NCBI GenBank assembly: GCA_964515925.1
Contig: CAZEYP010000007.1
Coordinates: forward strand, 1 to 62,971
DNA length: 62,971 nt
Reading direction: 5' to 3'
From: an uncultured Nitrospirota bacterium
Lineage (GTDB): Bacteria; Nitrospirota; Thermodesulfovibrionia; Thermodesulfovibrionales; JdFR-85
Position 1 is the stretch's first letter, and every line of letters starts with the position of its first letter. This document shows, in pieces, positions 50,226 through 62,924 of this stretch. Below the pieces are notes generated by a model. It was not told the origin of the DNA. It made no database searches and saw nothing but the letters and a program-made list of their open reading frames with translations. The translations under genes were made by a program, and so were the position numbers.

Positions 50226-50765
50226 TCAGGAAAATATCTCTTTTACATCTAACTCAATGGCGCAGTCCTTACAGAGAGTGAGTTTTAATATACCGCTGTC
50301 ACTGTCAAAGACCTTGTCATACCTGCCTGAGCGGAGTTCAAATACTCGCACCTTTTTTATATCAGGGTAGGCAAGTATATAAAACCTTACCTTTTCTCTT
50401 TCGTATAGCTGAAACTTGAGATTTTCATCTTTTTGAGCAGTGTTTTTTGAGACCACCTCAACGGCAACCTCGGGGGGCTCTTTAAGATGCTCACTGACCT
50501 CCTTGCATACCACCATCAGGTCGGGTCTTACCACCGTGTTTTCATCAACAATCCAGTCGAGTTCGGGATATATATAGACATTGGAAGTGCAATCTTTAGT
50601 CTGATTAGACAACTGTCTGCCTATCTCCATCTCAATTTTTTGATGAAGTCCCATAGGCGATGGTGCCATGGCATAGGGTATGCCATCAATCAATTCCCAG
50701 TCGCCTTCCCAGCTCATGTAGTCCTGCACTGTGTATTGGGGCAGGTATTTTTCAGCCAGAGACAT
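50226..50765 (-). CDS. Uma2/DUF820 protein (divergent third paralogue)
   Basis: WELIDG.PYAMAPSP, VVRPDL and EVAVEVVS. Confidence 0.88.
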   Translation of the reverse strand: MSLAEKYLPQYTVQDYMSWEGDWELIDGIPYAMAPSPMGLHQKIEMEIGRQLSNQTKDCTSNVYIYPELDWIVDENTVVRPDLMVVCKEVSEHLKEPPEVAVEVVSKNTAQKDENLKFQLYEREKVRFYILAYPDIKKVRVFELRSGRYDKVFDSDSGILKLTLCKDCAIELDVKEIFS

Positions 50766-50794
50766 GGAAACCTCCTTTTGTTAATTATATCATA

Positions 50795-51694
50795 TCAATA
50801 AACCCTGAAGGGTGTGGGTGTGAATGTGAGTATAAATATAAGGATGGCAGCCCAGCCCATTATCATTCGACCCCGGCTGAGTGGGACCTCCCAGTAAATA
50901 ACTGGTGGATGACTTAGTCCCAGCATGTACAGAAGAAATGCCCATACAAGCCAGCCCTCCCAGAGGTAGTCTTTAAGTGTTGAGAGGGCTGGCTGGTCAA
51001 GGATGCTATTGTAAAGAAATATCCTCAATATGCCTGCAGTTGCAAGCACTACTGTGAGGACAGTAGAGAAGCGTTTATGCCTTTGGGGGCCAAACAATGC
51101 ATAGGCTACATGTCCTCCATCAAGCTGCCCTATGGGAAGCAGATTCATGGAGGTAACGAAAAAGCCGATCCATCCTGCAAAGGCGACCTGATTGAGCATC
51201 ACATCCTTTCCCTCTGGAGGTGTTCCCAGTATCAGTTTTGAAAGGGTGCTAAAAAGAATGGAATCTCCCAGGATGAGACCACCTGTAGTGTTTTTAATTG
51301 ATACTATGTGTGAGTGGCTGAGCCCGTAAATGGTTACAAATAGTGCTACAATAAAACCACCTATGGGTCCAGATGCCCCTATATCCACAAGGGCACGACG
51401 GTTTATGATAGGGGATTTCATCTTTATAAAGGCACCAAAGGTTCCTATGATTGACGGAGCAGGGATAAAATAGGGTAGGGTGGCCCTGGTATGATTCGCC
51501 CTTGATGCAAAGTAATGGGAAAACTCATGGGTAAGTAAGATTGCAAGAAGAGAGATGCTGAAGGGATAACCCTCTATAATCCTTGATGGCTCTGCCACTA
51601 TGTTTATTCCCTTCTGAAGTGCTCCTGCTATGAGAGTGGAAAAAACGGTAAGGACAAAGAGAATGATGTGTATTATATACTGTTTTAATCTCAT
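50795..51694 (-). CDS. Site-2 protease, peptidase M50
   Basis: HEFSH and NLLPIGQLDGGH. Confidence 0.92.
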   Translation of the reverse strand: MRLKQYIIHIILFVLTVFSTLIAGALQKGINIVAEPSRIIEGYPFSISLLAILLTHEFSHYFASRANHTRATLPYFIPAPSIIGTFGAFIKMKSPIINRRALVDIGASGPIGGFIVALFVTIYGLSHSHIVSIKNTTGGLILGDSILFSTLSKLILGTPPEGKDVMLNQVAFAGWIGFFVTSMNLLPIGQLDGGHVAYALFGPQRHKRFSTVLTVVLATAGILRIFLYNSILDQPALSTLKDYLWEGWLVWAFLLYMLGLSHPPVIYWEVPLSRGRMIMGWAAILIFILTFTPTPFRVY

Positions 51695-52974
51695 TGAACC
51701 ACCTCTGCCTCAAGGTCGTAATCATGAGCACTGGTTACTAAGACATCAACAAACTCTCCCTTTTTCAGTTGCTCTCCTCTGTTTTTTACAACTGTAATCC
51801 CGTCAATCTCTGGTGCCTGCCCATAGTATCTGCAGTAGGCTAATTTGTTGTCTGTCTCATCCACAAGCACCCGGAGTCTTTTGCCCACAAGCTCAAGATT
51901 TTTCCTGTAAGATATCTCAGCCTGAAGGGTCATCAATCGGTGGTAACGCTGCTTTTTTACCTCTTCAGGCACCTGCTCTTTAAGTTCGTATGCTGGTGTG
52001 CCTTCTTCAGGGGAGTAGGTAAAGGCACCGAGTCTGTCAAAGCCCACCTCTCTGACAAAGTCAAGTAGCCCTTCAAACTCCTCGTCACTTTCCGTGGGAA
52101 AGCCAACGATAAAGGATGTCCTGAGCACCACATCAGGTATCTCTTTGCGGATGTGCTCAATGCTCTTAAGTAACTGTTCTTTGCTGCCCGGTCGTCTCAT
52201 GAGTCTTAAGATTCTGTCTTCAGAGTGCTGAAGTGGAAGGTCAATGTAATGGCAAACCTTCTGGTTTTCCTTGACTGCCTGAATAAGCTCTTCATCTATT
52301 GAGTCAGGAAACAGATAAAGGAGCCTTATCCAAAAATCCCCTGAAAGGCTGTTTAAATCGTAGAGGAGCCTTGCAAGGCTGTATCCACCTGAGTCTCTGC
52401 CATAGGATGTGATGTCCTGAGCAATGAGTATCAGTTCCCTGACACCAGTGCTTATCAGTTCTTCAGCCCTCCCTAAAATCTCTTCAGGGTCTTTGCTTCT
52501 CAGTGGCCCCCTGATAGAGGGTATGGCACAGAAACTGCATCTTCGGTTACAGCCCTCGGATATCTTAAGATAGGCATAACCCGGTGTGGGCTCATCAGGA
52601 GGGGTTATCCTTTGCGGGTCTGCTCCATTTTTGAACCTTCTTGCGTAGGCCAGGATATCTTCAAAGTCATCAACTCCAAAAAAGGCATCAACCTCTGGTA
52701 GTTCTGCTTTCAGTTCATCCATGTACCTCTTTGCAAGACATCCAAATACAATTAGTTTCTGCTCGGGTGATTTTGTTTGAGCAACGGTCAGTATCTCTTC
52801 AATGGATTCCTCCTTCGCAGCCTGTATAAATCCACAGGTGTTTACAAGAATAAGGGATGCCTCTTTTATGTCAGGGCCTGGGATTATCCCCTCGGAGATT
52901 AACCTCTTTTTCAGCTCCTCTGAGTCAACCTGATTCTTCGGACAACCCAGGGTGTGTATGTAAAAGTTCAACAT
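51691..52974 (-). CDS. rimO: Ribosomal protein uS12 methylthiotransferase
   Basis: LGCPKNQVDSE, NTCGFI, EGCNRRCSFC and QAPEIDG. Confidence 0.95.
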   Translation of the reverse strand: MLNFYIHTLGCPKNQVDSEELKKRLISEGIIPGPDIKEASLILVNTCGFIQAAKEESIEEILTVAQTKSPEQKLIVFGCLAKRYMDELKAELPEVDAFFGVDDFEDILAYARRFKNGADPQRITPPDEPTPGYAYLKISEGCNRRCSFCAIPSIRGPLRSKDPEEILGRAEELISTGVRELILIAQDITSYGRDSGGYSLARLLYDLNSLSGDFWIRLLYLFPDSIDEELIQAVKENQKVCHYIDLPLQHSEDRILRLMRRPGSKEQLLKSIEHIRKEIPDVVLRTSFIVGFPTESDEEFEGLLDFVREVGFDRLGAFTYSPEEGTPAYELKEQVPEEVKKQRYHRLMTLQAEISYRKNLELVGKRLRVLVDETDNKLAYCRYYGQAPEIDGITVVKNRGEQLKKGEFVDVLVTSAHDYDLEAEVVQ

Positions 52975-52979
52975 ATTTA

Positions 52980-53087
52980 TTTAAGATTTAAGATTTCAGA
53001 TTTCAGATTTAACTCAACTAACTTAATCAATGTAATTAACGCAATCACCGCAATTAACCCGAAGAACGCAAACAACGCAACAAACGC
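52980..53087. repeat. Intergenic tandem degenerate 7-mers followed by 9-mers
   Basis: TTT(A/C)AGA x4 at 52980-53007; AACGCAAYY-like x8 at 53011-53087. Confidence 0.8.
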
Positions 53088-53089
53088 TA

Positions 53090-54073
53090 TTAAAGCACCT
53101 CAAGCATCCTGTCCAGTGCCTTCACTGCCCGAACCCTTATGTCCTCTGGCACCTTTACCTCGTGTGTCATGTCCTTTAGTGCCCGTAAGACACTCTCAAG
53201 TCGGGTCTTCTTCATGTTCGGACAGATCATATCTTTCCTGAGAGGATGGAATATCTTGTCAGGATTTTCCTTTCTGAGTCTGTATAAAAGACCAACCTCA
53301 GTTCCAACAATAAACTCCTTTGCATCAGACTGGCGGGCATACCTAAGCATCCCAGAAGTGCTTGTGACATGGTCGGCAAGCTCAAGCACCTCAAGCCTGC
53401 ATTCAGGGTGAGCCATCACCACTGCATCAGGATGCTCTGCCCTTGCACGCTCAACATCCTCAGCCCTGACCCTGTCGTGAACATGGCAGAAGCCATCCCA
53501 GGTGATTATCTTTTTGCCTGTGTTTTTCTGTGCCCAGGCAGATAGATTTCTGTCAGGCACACAGATAACAGTGTCTGAATCAGCCGACTCAACCACCTTT
53601 ACCACATTTGCCGAGGTGCAGCATATATCACTTTCTGCCTTTACATTAGCGGTGGTGTTTACATAGGTAACCACAGGCACTCCAGGGTATTTCTCCTTCA
53701 TATCAAGAAGGGTGAACTCGTGAGGAAACACAAAGGTTGGCTGCTCTTCATAACCGGGAAAGCTCTTCCAGACCTTCCTCACCCCTGATACCCTTATCAT
53801 GTCGGCCATGGGGCAGTTTGCATCAAGCTCGGGCAAAAGCACCACCTTGTCAGGCGAGAGTATGGAGGCACTTTCTGCCATGAAGTTTACACCACAGAAT
53901 ACGATTACATCGCAATCAACCTTAGCAGCTTCCCGGGAAAGCTCAAGGGAATCTCCTGTGAAGTCAGCAATCTCCTGAACCTCCTCACGCTGATAATTAT
54001 GGGCGATTATTATAGCCCTTCTTTGCTCTTTAAGCCTTAAAATTTCATCTACTATCTGCTGATTCTCACTCAC
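53090..54073 (-). CDS. nadA: Quinolinate synthase
   Basis: AHNYQ, GDSLEL, CPMA, C.VH, HPEC and CPNMK. Confidence 0.95.
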   Translation of the reverse strand: MSENQQIVDEILRLKEQRRAIIIAHNYQREEVQEIADFTGDSLELSREAAKVDCDVIVFCGVNFMAESASILSPDKVVLLPELDANCPMADMIRVSGVRKVWKSFPGYEEQPTFVFPHEFTLLDMKEKYPGVPVVTYVNTTANVKAESDICCTSANVVKVVESADSDTVICVPDRNLSAWAQKNTGKKIITWDGFCHVHDRVRAEDVERARAEHPDAVVMAHPECRLEVLELADHVTSTSGMLRYARQSDAKEFIVGTEVGLLYRLRKENPDKIFHPLRKDMICPNMKKTRLESVLRALKDMTHEVKVPEDIRVRAVKALDRMLEVL

Positions 54074-54101
54074 CTTGGTTAAACCCCCTTTTAGAGAGAT
54101 A

Positions 54102-54788
54102 TTAGAAGGACGACAGATCCTTCAGATAGATAGAAGAGTTGGTGTAAAGGACGGTGCCATCATCAAGGTAGACCCTGTATATCTTTTGAGATTTTTTGTT
54201 TCGCTCTGGTAAGTAATCTCTTTTATACAAAAAAAGAATGTTTTTTACATACTGTTTTGTCTCCCTGTATGGTGGCACATCCTGGTATCTTTCAACAACT
54301 GTGGGCCCTGCATTGTATGCTGCAAGGGCAAGCCTTAGATTGCCAAACCGGTCCATAAGGTAGCGTAGGTAGCGGGCACCTGCATCAATGTTTTCATAAG
54401 GATCGTATGGATTTAAAACGCCAAGTTCTCTTAAGGTATCTGGCATGAGCTGCATAAGTCCGATGGCTCCCCTTCTTGAGACTGCATATGGATTCCAGCC
54501 CGACTCCACCGTGATAATCGACTTTATAAGCTCTGCATCCAGTGAGTATCTCCTTGCGGTCTTTCTGATAAAAGAGGAAAGCTCCTCATCAGATTCGGTG
54601 TTTGTATGTTTGCGGATTTTCTTTGTTCTTATAACCTTATAGGGAACATCCGCGGGTGGGGTGTCTGTGAAGTGGATAACACCCTTTGAATCAACATATT
54701 TATAAATCTCAGCGCCAGAGGGAGTGGGCACTAAAAGACACAAAAAAAACAGTATTATAAAGCAGTTATACATAGAAAAATATAACAT
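54102..54788 (-). CDS. Lytic transglycosylase (SLT) with DUF4124-like N-terminus
   Basis: VESGWNPYAVS..GAIGLMQLMP and ALAAYNAG; IYKYVD..GVIHFTD. Confidence 0.9.
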   Translation of the reverse strand: MLYFSMYNCFIILFFLCLLVPTPSGAEIYKYVDSKGVIHFTDTPPADVPYKVIRTKKIRKHTNTESDEELSSFIRKTARRYSLDAELIKSIITVESGWNPYAVSRRGAIGLMQLMPDTLRELGVLNPYDPYENIDAGARYLRYLMDRFGNLRLALAAYNAGPTVVERYQDVPPYRETKQYVKNILFLYKRDYLPERNKKSQKIYRVYLDDGTVLYTNSSIYLKDLSSF

Positions 54789-54819
54789 TATTTAGGGGAT
54801 TTCTTCAAATTAGCAAACT

Positions 54820-55221
54820 TTATTCGCTTTTAAGAAAATTACGAATAACCTCATCTGAGATTTCAGAACTCTCCCAGTCTTCATCAACAAGTAAATCACG
54901 GTAAACATCTTTGAAGACATAAACATATGCCTCTTCCTTGCCATCAGGGGTTTTTACAATGACCTTTTTTCTCTCATACTCATTACCTTCAAAGCTGTCA
55001 ATTAATATCAGTTCTTCGTACTTTAAGCCACGGATTAATTTGCCATTTACACTATAAGAAGGTGCCCTTATCAACGCAGGATAAATTACACCTTTTATTT
55101 TTAACCTTCTATAGCCTTCAATAACTGCATCCTCCATATGAGGAAGCCTTCCTATCACTGTCTTTAAAACATCGGGCCACATTAGGGTGCCATAAACAAA
55201 AAGTGGCAGCATCAGCGGCAT
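54820..55221 (-). CDS. Gamma-glutamylcyclotransferase (AIG2-like)
   Basis: FVYGTL, YPAL and D.FEG..YER. Confidence 0.88.
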   Translation of the reverse strand: MPLMLPLFVYGTLMWPDVLKTVIGRLPHMEDAVIEGYRRLKIKGVIYPALIRAPSYSVNGKLIRGLKYEELILIDSFEGNEYERKKVIVKTPDGKEEAYVYVFKDVYRDLLVDEDWESSEISDEVIRNFLKSE

Positions 55222-55959
55222 CTAACCAATCCTCACCGAAGAAAGCAGTTTTTTTAAACTTGTCATTACAGTAAAATAACCTGTAAAAAGTGCAACAGCC
55301 ACTAACATATACATAATGGCAAGTTGATAGGAAACTGCCTTTAAAGGGCTGACTCCGGCAATAAGCATCCCTGTTGCTATCCCCGGAATATGTATCACAC
55401 CAACAGTCTGAAGACTGTTAAGTATCGGGATAAAGGCGGCCTTAACCGATGTCCTTGCCGAAGGATTAAGCGCCTCCTTCAGTGTGGCTCCAAGCGCAAT
55501 ACGACTTTCAATAAGGTCGATGGTGTTTCTTACCTCTCCCTTGAGCCTGTCAACTACCAGGGTGTAAATGTTAAGTGAATTTCCAATTATCATACCACCA
55601 AGCGGAATAAGTTCATTAGCCTTCAAGGAGACAACCCTTACAAGTAGCATTGATGAAAGCACTATTGCAGATGATAGTGAAATTGATATAAAGGCAACCA
55701 TGATTCCGCCTGGCTCAAGAGAGACCCTCCGTTGTGCTGTCCATGAAGCAAATGCACACATAAAAACAAGTATCAATATAAGCCCTTCGATTTGCCTGAT
55801 TTTGAAGACATAATGAAGTATGTACCCAAGAAGGAGCAATTGAATAAATGCCCTCACTGTATTTACTGCAATTCTTTTGTGAATGCCCAGTCCTTCTCTG
55901 TAGGTGTAATATATTGCTATCAAAACAAGTATATAGGAAAATAGAAATCTGTACTGCAT
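55222..55959 (-). CDS. fetB: FetB/UPF0014 ABC permease
   Basis: RAFIQL, IPLGGMIIGNS and GVIHIPG...GMLIAG.SP. Confidence 0.85.
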   Translation of the reverse strand: MQYRFLFSYILVLIAIYYTYREGLGIHKRIAVNTVRAFIQLLLLGYILHYVFKIRQIEGLILILVFMCAFASWTAQRRVSLEPGGIMVAFISISLSSAIVLSSMLLVRVVSLKANELIPLGGMIIGNSLNIYTLVVDRLKGEVRNTIDLIESRIALGATLKEALNPSARTSVKAAFIPILNSLQTVGVIHIPGIATGMLIAGVSPLKAVSYQLAIMYMLVAVALFTGYFTVMTSLKKLLSSVRIG

Positions 55960-56071
55960 AGCTTAAATTATGCCATATCTGACAACTTTCTCTCATACCT
56001 TAATGCTCGTCAGTTAAACAGGCAATATGTATTATTGATAAACGATGGAATCGCAGGGTAACAATATGATA

Positions 56072-56100
56072 TTGACAAGATTAAAGAAATATGTTTTAAT
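56072..56100 (+). promoter_or_regulatory. Sigma-70 promoter of glnK-amt-nifA-like operon
   Basis: TTGACA(56072)-17-TTTAAT(56095). Confidence 0.7.
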
Positions 56101-56106
56101 ACAGGA

Positions 56107-56499
56107 AAACGGCAACCAATAGCCGAATACCTTATGGGAGGATAGGGTTATGAAGATGGTATCTGCAGTTATTAAACATTACAGGCTTGATGAGGTAAGG
56201 GCAGAGTTGATAAAGGTTGGGGTGCAGGGGATGACAATTGTGGATGTAAAGGGATTCGGTCGTCAGAAGGGTCAGCTTGAGGTTTACAGAGGTGTTCAAT
56301 ATGAGGTGCAGTTTCTACCCAAGGTGAAGATTGAGGTAGCAGTGCCGGCTGAGAAGGTGGAGGAGGTAATAGATGCTATTACAAAAGGAGCCCGCACAGG
56401 AGAGATCGGAGACGGCAAGATATTTGTTTACAATCTGCAAGATGTGGTAAGGATAAGGACAGGAAGGAGGGGGAGAGAAGCGATATAAATATAGGGGGT
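56107..56499 (+). repeat. 393-bp exact duplication (leader plus P-II gene), copy 1
   Basis: Identical to 62532-62924 (offset 6425). Confidence 0.93.
56150..56488 (+). CDS. glnK: P-II nitrogen regulatory protein (Tyr51 present)
   Basis: GFGRQKG, YRG.QY and TGEIGDGKIF; lies upstream of amt. Confidence 0.95.
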   Translation: MKMVSAVIKHYRLDEVRAELIKVGVQGMTIVDVKGFGRQKGQLEVYRGVQYEVQFLPKVKIEVAVPAEKVEEVIDAITKGARTGEIGDGKIFVYNLQDVVRIRTGRRGREAI

Positions 56500-56595
56500 G
56501 GGGTGTAGGGGGTAGTGTTGATAGAAAAAAGACTATACCCTACACGCTATGCCCTATGCCCTGTAGTTTAGGATTTAGAGATTAGAATTTTAACG

Positions 56596-57912
56596 GTGAG
56601 GAGGTTTATGGAAATGAAAGGGCTATGGAGAAGGAGTTTATTTTTATTGCCAGTAGTTTTAATTCCATCTGTGGCAATGGCAGCAGAAGGAAAGATAAGT
56701 GCAGGAGATACTGCCTGGATGCTTGTCTCCTCAGCACTTGTAATGCTCATGACACCAGGGCTTGCATTCTTTTATGCAGGCATGGTCAGGCGAAAAAATG
56801 TCCTTGGCACTATTATGCACAGTTTCATTATCCTCTGTATAATGAGTGTGGTGTGGGTATTGTGGGGATACACACTTGCCTTTGGACCTGATATTGGTGG
56901 GTTTATAGGTGGTCTTAAGTGGTTCGGCCTTAATGGTATTGGCGCTGAGGGTGCCCCTACTGCACCTACAATACCTCATCTTGTTTTCATGATGTTTCAG
57001 GGAATGTTTGCCATAATAACACCGGCACTGATTACGGGAGCCTTTGCTGAGAGGATGAAATTTTCAGCACTCCTTGTGTTTACTGTTTTGTGGGCAACCC
57101 TTGTTTACTCTCCAGTGGCACACTGGGTCTGGGGTGGTGGATGGATAGCTACCAGGCTGGGAGCGCTGGATTTTGCAGGTGGAACTGTAGTTCACATAAA
57201 TTCGGCAATTGCTGCAATTGTGGCTGCTCTGGTTATTGGTAGAAGAAAGGGATACTTACAGGAGCACATGCCTCCGCATAATCTCCCGATGACTATACTT
57301 GGTGCAGCACTTCTGTGGTTTGGTTGGTTTGGATTCAATGCAGGTAGTGCCCTTGCCTCTGATTCTCTTGCTGCACTCGCCTTTGTGACGACAAATACAG
57401 CAGCAGCCGCTGCAGCGCTTTCCTGGACCTTTGTGGAGTGGCTCCAGCGCGGCAAACCCACTGCCCTTGGTGCAGTAAGTGGTGCTGTAGCCGGATTGGT
57501 TGCCATAACTCCTGCTGCAGGATTTGTTACTCCGCTTTCCTCCATTGCCATAGGTTTAGTAGCCGGGGTGCTCTGTTATTTAGCTGTAAATATGAAGACA
57601 AAGATTGGATACGATGATTCCCTTGATGTGCTTGGTGTTCACGGTGTGGGCGGAACCTGGGGCGCAATTGCAACCGGTATTTTTGCCTCTCTATCTGTAA
57701 ATTCTGCAGGTGCAAATGGTTTGATACATGGAAATGCCTCTCTTGTTGGTATTCAGGCACTTGCTGTTCTTGCCACTATTGTTTATTCTGCAGTTGTAAG
57801 TCTTGTGATATTAAAGATTATAGACTGGACAATCGGTCTGAGAGTGAAAGAGCATGAAGAGATTCAGGGGCTCGATATCTCTCAGCATGGTGAGGAAGGT
57901 TACTCATTATAG
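56596..57912 (+). CDS. amtB: Ammonium transporter
   Basis: [30 protein letters not shown]; both channel His residues present. Confidence 0.96.
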   Translation: MRRFMEMKGLWRRSLFLLPVVLIPSVAMAAEGKISAGDTAWMLVSSALVMLMTPGLAFFYAGMVRRKNVLGTIMHSFIILCIMSVVWVLWGYTLAFGPDIGGFIGGLKWFGLNGIGAEGAPTAPTIPHLVFMMFQGMFAIITPALITGAFAERMKFSALLVFTVLWATLVYSPVAHWVWGGGWIATRLGALDFAGGTVVHINSAIAAIVAALVIGRRKGYLQEHMPPHNLPMTILGAALLWFGWFGFNAGSALASDSLAALAFVTTNTAAAAAALSWTFVEWLQRGKPTALGAVSGAVAGLVAITPAAGFVTPLSSIAIGLVAGVLCYLAVNMKTKIGYDDSLDVLGVHGVGGTWGAIATGIFASLSVNSAGANGLIHGNASLVGIQALAVLATIVYSAVVSLVILKIIDWTIGLRVKEHEEIQGLDISQHGEEGYSL

Positions 57913-57923
57913 AGCTTTGTGAA

Positions 57924-59456
57924 ATGAAGGATGGTAGAAGCAGGGAACTTTCTGCACTGCTTGAGGTGAGCAGGGCACTGACAAGGAGCTTTTCTCTTGA
58001 GGAAAACCTGACACAGGCAATGCGCATCCTCTCTGAGATGCTGGATATGCAGAGGGGATGCGTATATCTGCTTGGACCGCTATCAGGAGAATTGAAAATA
58101 GTTGCTGCCCACGGGCTCAGCAAGGATGAAATACAGAAGGGAAAGTATCGTATCGGTGAGGGAATTGTTGGCACTGTTATGAAAAAGGGTCAACCCATGT
58201 TCATTCCTGACATTGGTGAGGAGGCAAGGTTTCTGAATAGAACAGGCTCAAGACCTGACAAAGAAGGAATATCCTTTCTCTGCTACCCGATCAGGTTGAA
58301 AGATGAGGTTTTTGGTGTGATAAGTGTTGACAGGATTTATTCAAGTATTCACGGAGGGGTAGAAGACGACCTCAGAGTGCTTGGTATTGTTTCTTCACTG
58401 ATTGCACAATTTGTTGGACTGTGGCGTATGTTCAAAGAGGCAGATGCTGAGCGTGAAGAACTGAGAAAACAGCTTACCGATAGATTCAGCTTACCCAATC
58501 TTGTTGGGGAGTCTCCTGCATTTCAGGCTGTGCTGAAGATAGTTACAAAGGTTTCGGTCACAGATGCCACGGTGCTTCTTCTCGGAGAAAGTGGAACAGG
58601 AAAAGAGCTTATTGCAAGGACAATCCATTTTCAGAGCCCAAGGTCGAAGGGGCCCTTTGTTGCAGTAAACTGTGCGGCGCTGCCGGAGAATCTACTTGAG
58701 CTTGAGCTGTTTGGAGCAGAAAAGGGCGCCTTCACCGGGGCCACTGAAAGAAGAATCGGTAGATTTGAAAGGGCAAGGGGCGGCACTCTGTTCCTTGATG
58801 AGATAGGCGAGATGCCACTAAATCTGCAGGCTAAACTGCTAAGGGTGCTTCAGGAGAAGACCTTTGAAAGGCTTGGATCATCTGAACCTGTAAAGGCAGA
58901 TGTCAGAGTGATTGCAGCCACTAACCGTGATCTCCTTGAAGAGGTAAGAAAGGGAGCATTCAGGGAGGACCTGTACTGGCGTCTCAATGTGGTTGCAATA
59001 AGACTACCTGCCTTAAGGGAGAGAGCAGAAGACATCCCCTATCTGATTAATTATTATTTAAAAAAATTCAACAGGAAATATCATAAGGGGATATCAATTT
59101 CTGCTGATGCCATAGATGTGCTGACAAATTACAAATGGCCTGGAAACATAAGAGAGCTTGCTAATATGCTTGAAAGGCTTGTTATTATGTCTGAAAGAGA
59201 CACTATAACTGCTGATGACCTGAAAGGAGAGATAATCTGGCCTGAAAGCACATATAGTGGTGTATCTATAACATGCGGGAATCATCAATCACTTCACAGG
59301 GTGGTTGAGGATATAGAGAAAGAACGGATTATCAATGCCCTTAAAGAGCACAACTATATCCAGAGCCGCGCAGCCCATGCTCTGGGAATAACCCCAAGAC
59401 AGCTTGGATATAGAATAAAGAAATATGGAATAAGGATTGTAAAGCAAAAAGATTAG
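57924..59456 (+). CDS. NifA-like sigma-54 enhancer-binding protein (GAF-AAA+-HTH)
   Basis: [22 protein letters not shown] and C-terminal HTH ([16 protein letters not shown]). Confidence 0.9.
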   Translation: MKDGRSRELSALLEVSRALTRSFSLEENLTQAMRILSEMLDMQRGCVYLLGPLSGELKIVAAHGLSKDEIQKGKYRIGEGIVGTVMKKGQPMFIPDIGEEARFLNRTGSRPDKEGISFLCYPIRLKDEVFGVISVDRIYSSIHGGVEDDLRVLGIVSSLIAQFVGLWRMFKEADAEREELRKQLTDRFSLPNLVGESPAFQAVLKIVTKVSVTDATVLLLGESGTGKELIARTIHFQSPRSKGPFVAVNCAALPENLLELELFGAEKGAFTGATERRIGRFERARGGTLFLDEIGEMPLNLQAKLLRVLQEKTFERLGSSEPVKADVRVIAATNRDLLEEVRKGAFREDLYWRLNVVAIRLPALRERAEDIPYLINYYLKKFNRKYHKGISISADAIDVLTNYKWPGNIRELANMLERLVIMSERDTITADDLKGEIIWPESTYSGVSITCGNHQSLHRVVEDIEKERIINALKEHNYIQSRAAHALGITPRQLGYRIKKYGIRIVKQKD

Positions 59457-59495
59457 AGTAAGTTTTAAATAATCTGAAGTAAACAGCATTATTTA

Positions 59496-59528
59496 AAGAG
59501 GCACTGCAGATACACTACAGTGCCTCTT
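59496..59528. terminator. Probable bidirectional terminator hairpin between convergent operons
   Basis: AAGAGGCACTG-N11-CAGTGCCTCTT, a perfect 11-bp stem. Confidence 0.7.
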
Positions 59529-59556
59529 AACGGGGAAGGAGGGCTATGGAGCCTTA

Positions 59557-61235
<1,679 letters not shown>

Positions 61236-61338
61236 TTTTGAAATCCTCCTTATCTTTCTTCAGAGCACAAAACACCCCTGTGTCTCTTTTTAAGAGATTT
61301 TCAGTTCGGAAGTCCTGTGCCCTGAAAGTTTTAGTCTG

Positions 61339-62088
61339 TTAGAAACTCAGAGTAATGGTAACTCCACCGTAGATGATGTCGTCGTCGCCGTCATCACTTA
61401 TGCCCTGAAGTGCATCCTCTGCATCGTTGCTGAGTGGAAAGGAATAGGCAATAGAGGGCTCCACTGTTACATCCTTCCATACTGGAATACTCAAAGAGGC
61501 CGATACCTCGCCATTGTAAAAGTTACTGAAGTCGTCACCACCTGAGTCATAACCCATTACCTTGTTATTGAGGTTATAACTCGCAGAGGCACCAAGGGAG
61601 AGAGTGGATTTGTAGGGAAGCTCAAAGTCATACCCAACAGAAGCCACCACAAAGGCACCATGACCTTCGTCGAAGTCATAATAGACCGTAAGTGTGGGGT
61701 TAAGCACCATATCGTAAGATACACTGAGATAGACCTCCTGGGTGTCGTCTGCCCCTTCAAGTGCATAATAGATGTAGCCTGCATCAAAACTGAATTTATC
61801 ATAACCGAACGAATAGTCCAGGGTAAGGTCTGTTTCGGTATGCTCACCATGGTCGCTATAATCGGAGTCGTAGTTAGCCCAGAGATTGGCGCCAAAACCA
61901 TTGTAGGTGATGCCAACCGAAGGCTGAACAACAAAGGAGTTTGATAGTTTCTGACCACGCCATACATAATTACTGAAGATACCAACCGATGTTGAACCGC
62001 CTGCCTGCGGGCCCTCTGCAAAGGCAGTTGCAATGCCAAGGAAAACTGTTAAAACTACTGATAGAGTAATCGCTGAAATCTTTTTCAT
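61339..62088 (-). CDS. TorF-like putative outer-membrane porin (TIGR02001-like)
   Basis: Signal peptide; SNYVWRG..L, ETDLTLDY; C-terminal Phe. Confidence 0.8.
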   Translation of the reverse strand: MKKISAITLSVVLTVFLGIATAFAEGPQAGGSTSVGIFSNYVWRGQKLSNSFVVQPSVGITYNGFGANLWANYDSDYSDHGEHTETDLTLDYSFGYDKFSFDAGYIYYALEGADDTQEVYLSVSYDMVLNPTLTVYYDFDEGHGAFVVASVGYDFELPYKSTLSLGASASYNLNNKVMGYDSGGDDFSNFYNGEVSASLSIPVWKDVTVEPSIAYSFPLSNDAEDALQGISDDGDDDIIYGGVTITLSF

Positions 62089-62404
62089 AACCAGTTCCTC
62101 CTCTAAATTGAATTTTTGATGTTGCCGGCTTCTTCCTGGAAATCCAGAATCATACCCCTAAATCTGAAATCCTAAATCCTTAAGTCTCCTTCACCTCCTT
62201 TCTCTTGATGCCATATTTTTTATCTTGTTTTATCTTGTAGCGAATCATCCTCTCTGTAATACAGAACTCTCTTGCAGCCCTGGCCTTCACCTCTTAACAC
62301 TTCTCAAGAGCCTTGATAATTTCTTTTCTCTTGATTTCTTCAATCTTTTATTTAAGTGTATTTTTAATTCTTCTTTCGTTTCCCGATGAGCTTTATAGAG
62401 TGTA

Positions 62405-62421
62405 CTACAATTTTCATGCCA
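62405..62421 (-). promoter_or_regulatory. Sigma-54 (-24/-12) promoter candidate for torF-amt-glnK
   Basis: TGGCATG-AAAA-TTGTA versus consensus TGGCACG-N4-TTGCW; the -12 GC is GT here. Confidence 0.6.
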
Positions 62422-62483
62422 GATAGGGAAATATTGTAAATAAAGGGTTTGAGCAAATAAAAGAGCAACAAAAATGTAGAAAC

Positions 62484-62524
62484 GACAATTTTGTATTGAC
62501 AAAATTGTCATAATCTGCTTTAAT
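62484..62524 (+). promoter_or_regulatory. Perfect 11-4-11 inverted repeat overlapping a sigma-70 -35 element
   Basis: GACAATTTTGT-ATTG-ACAAAATTGTC at 62484-62509; TTGACA(62496)-17-TTTAAT(62519). Confidence 0.7.
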
Positions 62525-62531
62525 AATCTGC

Positions 62532-62924
62532 AAACGGCAACCAATAGCCGAATACCTTATGGGAGGATAGGGTTATGAAGATGGTATCTGCAGTTATTAA
62601 ACATTACAGGCTTGATGAGGTAAGGGCAGAGTTGATAAAGGTTGGGGTGCAGGGGATGACAATTGTGGATGTAAAGGGATTCGGTCGTCAGAAGGGTCAG
62701 CTTGAGGTTTACAGAGGTGTTCAATATGAGGTGCAGTTTCTACCCAAGGTGAAGATTGAGGTAGCAGTGCCGGCTGAGAAGGTGGAGGAGGTAATAGATG
62801 CTATTACAAAAGGAGCCCGCACAGGAGAGATCGGAGACGGCAAGATATTTGTTTACAATCTGCAAGATGTGGTAAGGATAAGGACAGGAAGGAGGGGGAG
62901 AGAAGCGATATAAATATAGGGGGT
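62532..62924 (+). repeat. 393-bp exact duplication, copy 2
   Basis: Identical to 56107-56499. Confidence 0.93.
62575..62913 (+). CDS. glnK: P-II protein identical to 56150-56488
   Basis: Identical DNA and protein sequence. Confidence 0.95.
   Translation: MKMVSAVIKHYRLDEVRAELIKVGVQGMTIVDVKGFGRQKGQLEVYRGVQYEVQFLPKVKIEVAVPAEKVEEVIDAITKGARTGEIGDGKIFVYNLQDVVRIRTGRRGREAI

Noticed and set aside
52980-53087. Possible CRISPR array
   Set aside because: Units are 7-9 nt with no spacers and there are no cas genes; no CRISPR array was found in the window.
52954-53241. 95-aa ORF with NAINAI repeats
   Set aside because: It is a translation of the intergenic 7/9-mer array plus the nadA antisense strand.
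57924-59456. Calling the activator nifA and inferring nitrogen fixation
   Set aside because: The architecture fits, but no nif structural genes are visible, so the gene symbol was withheld.
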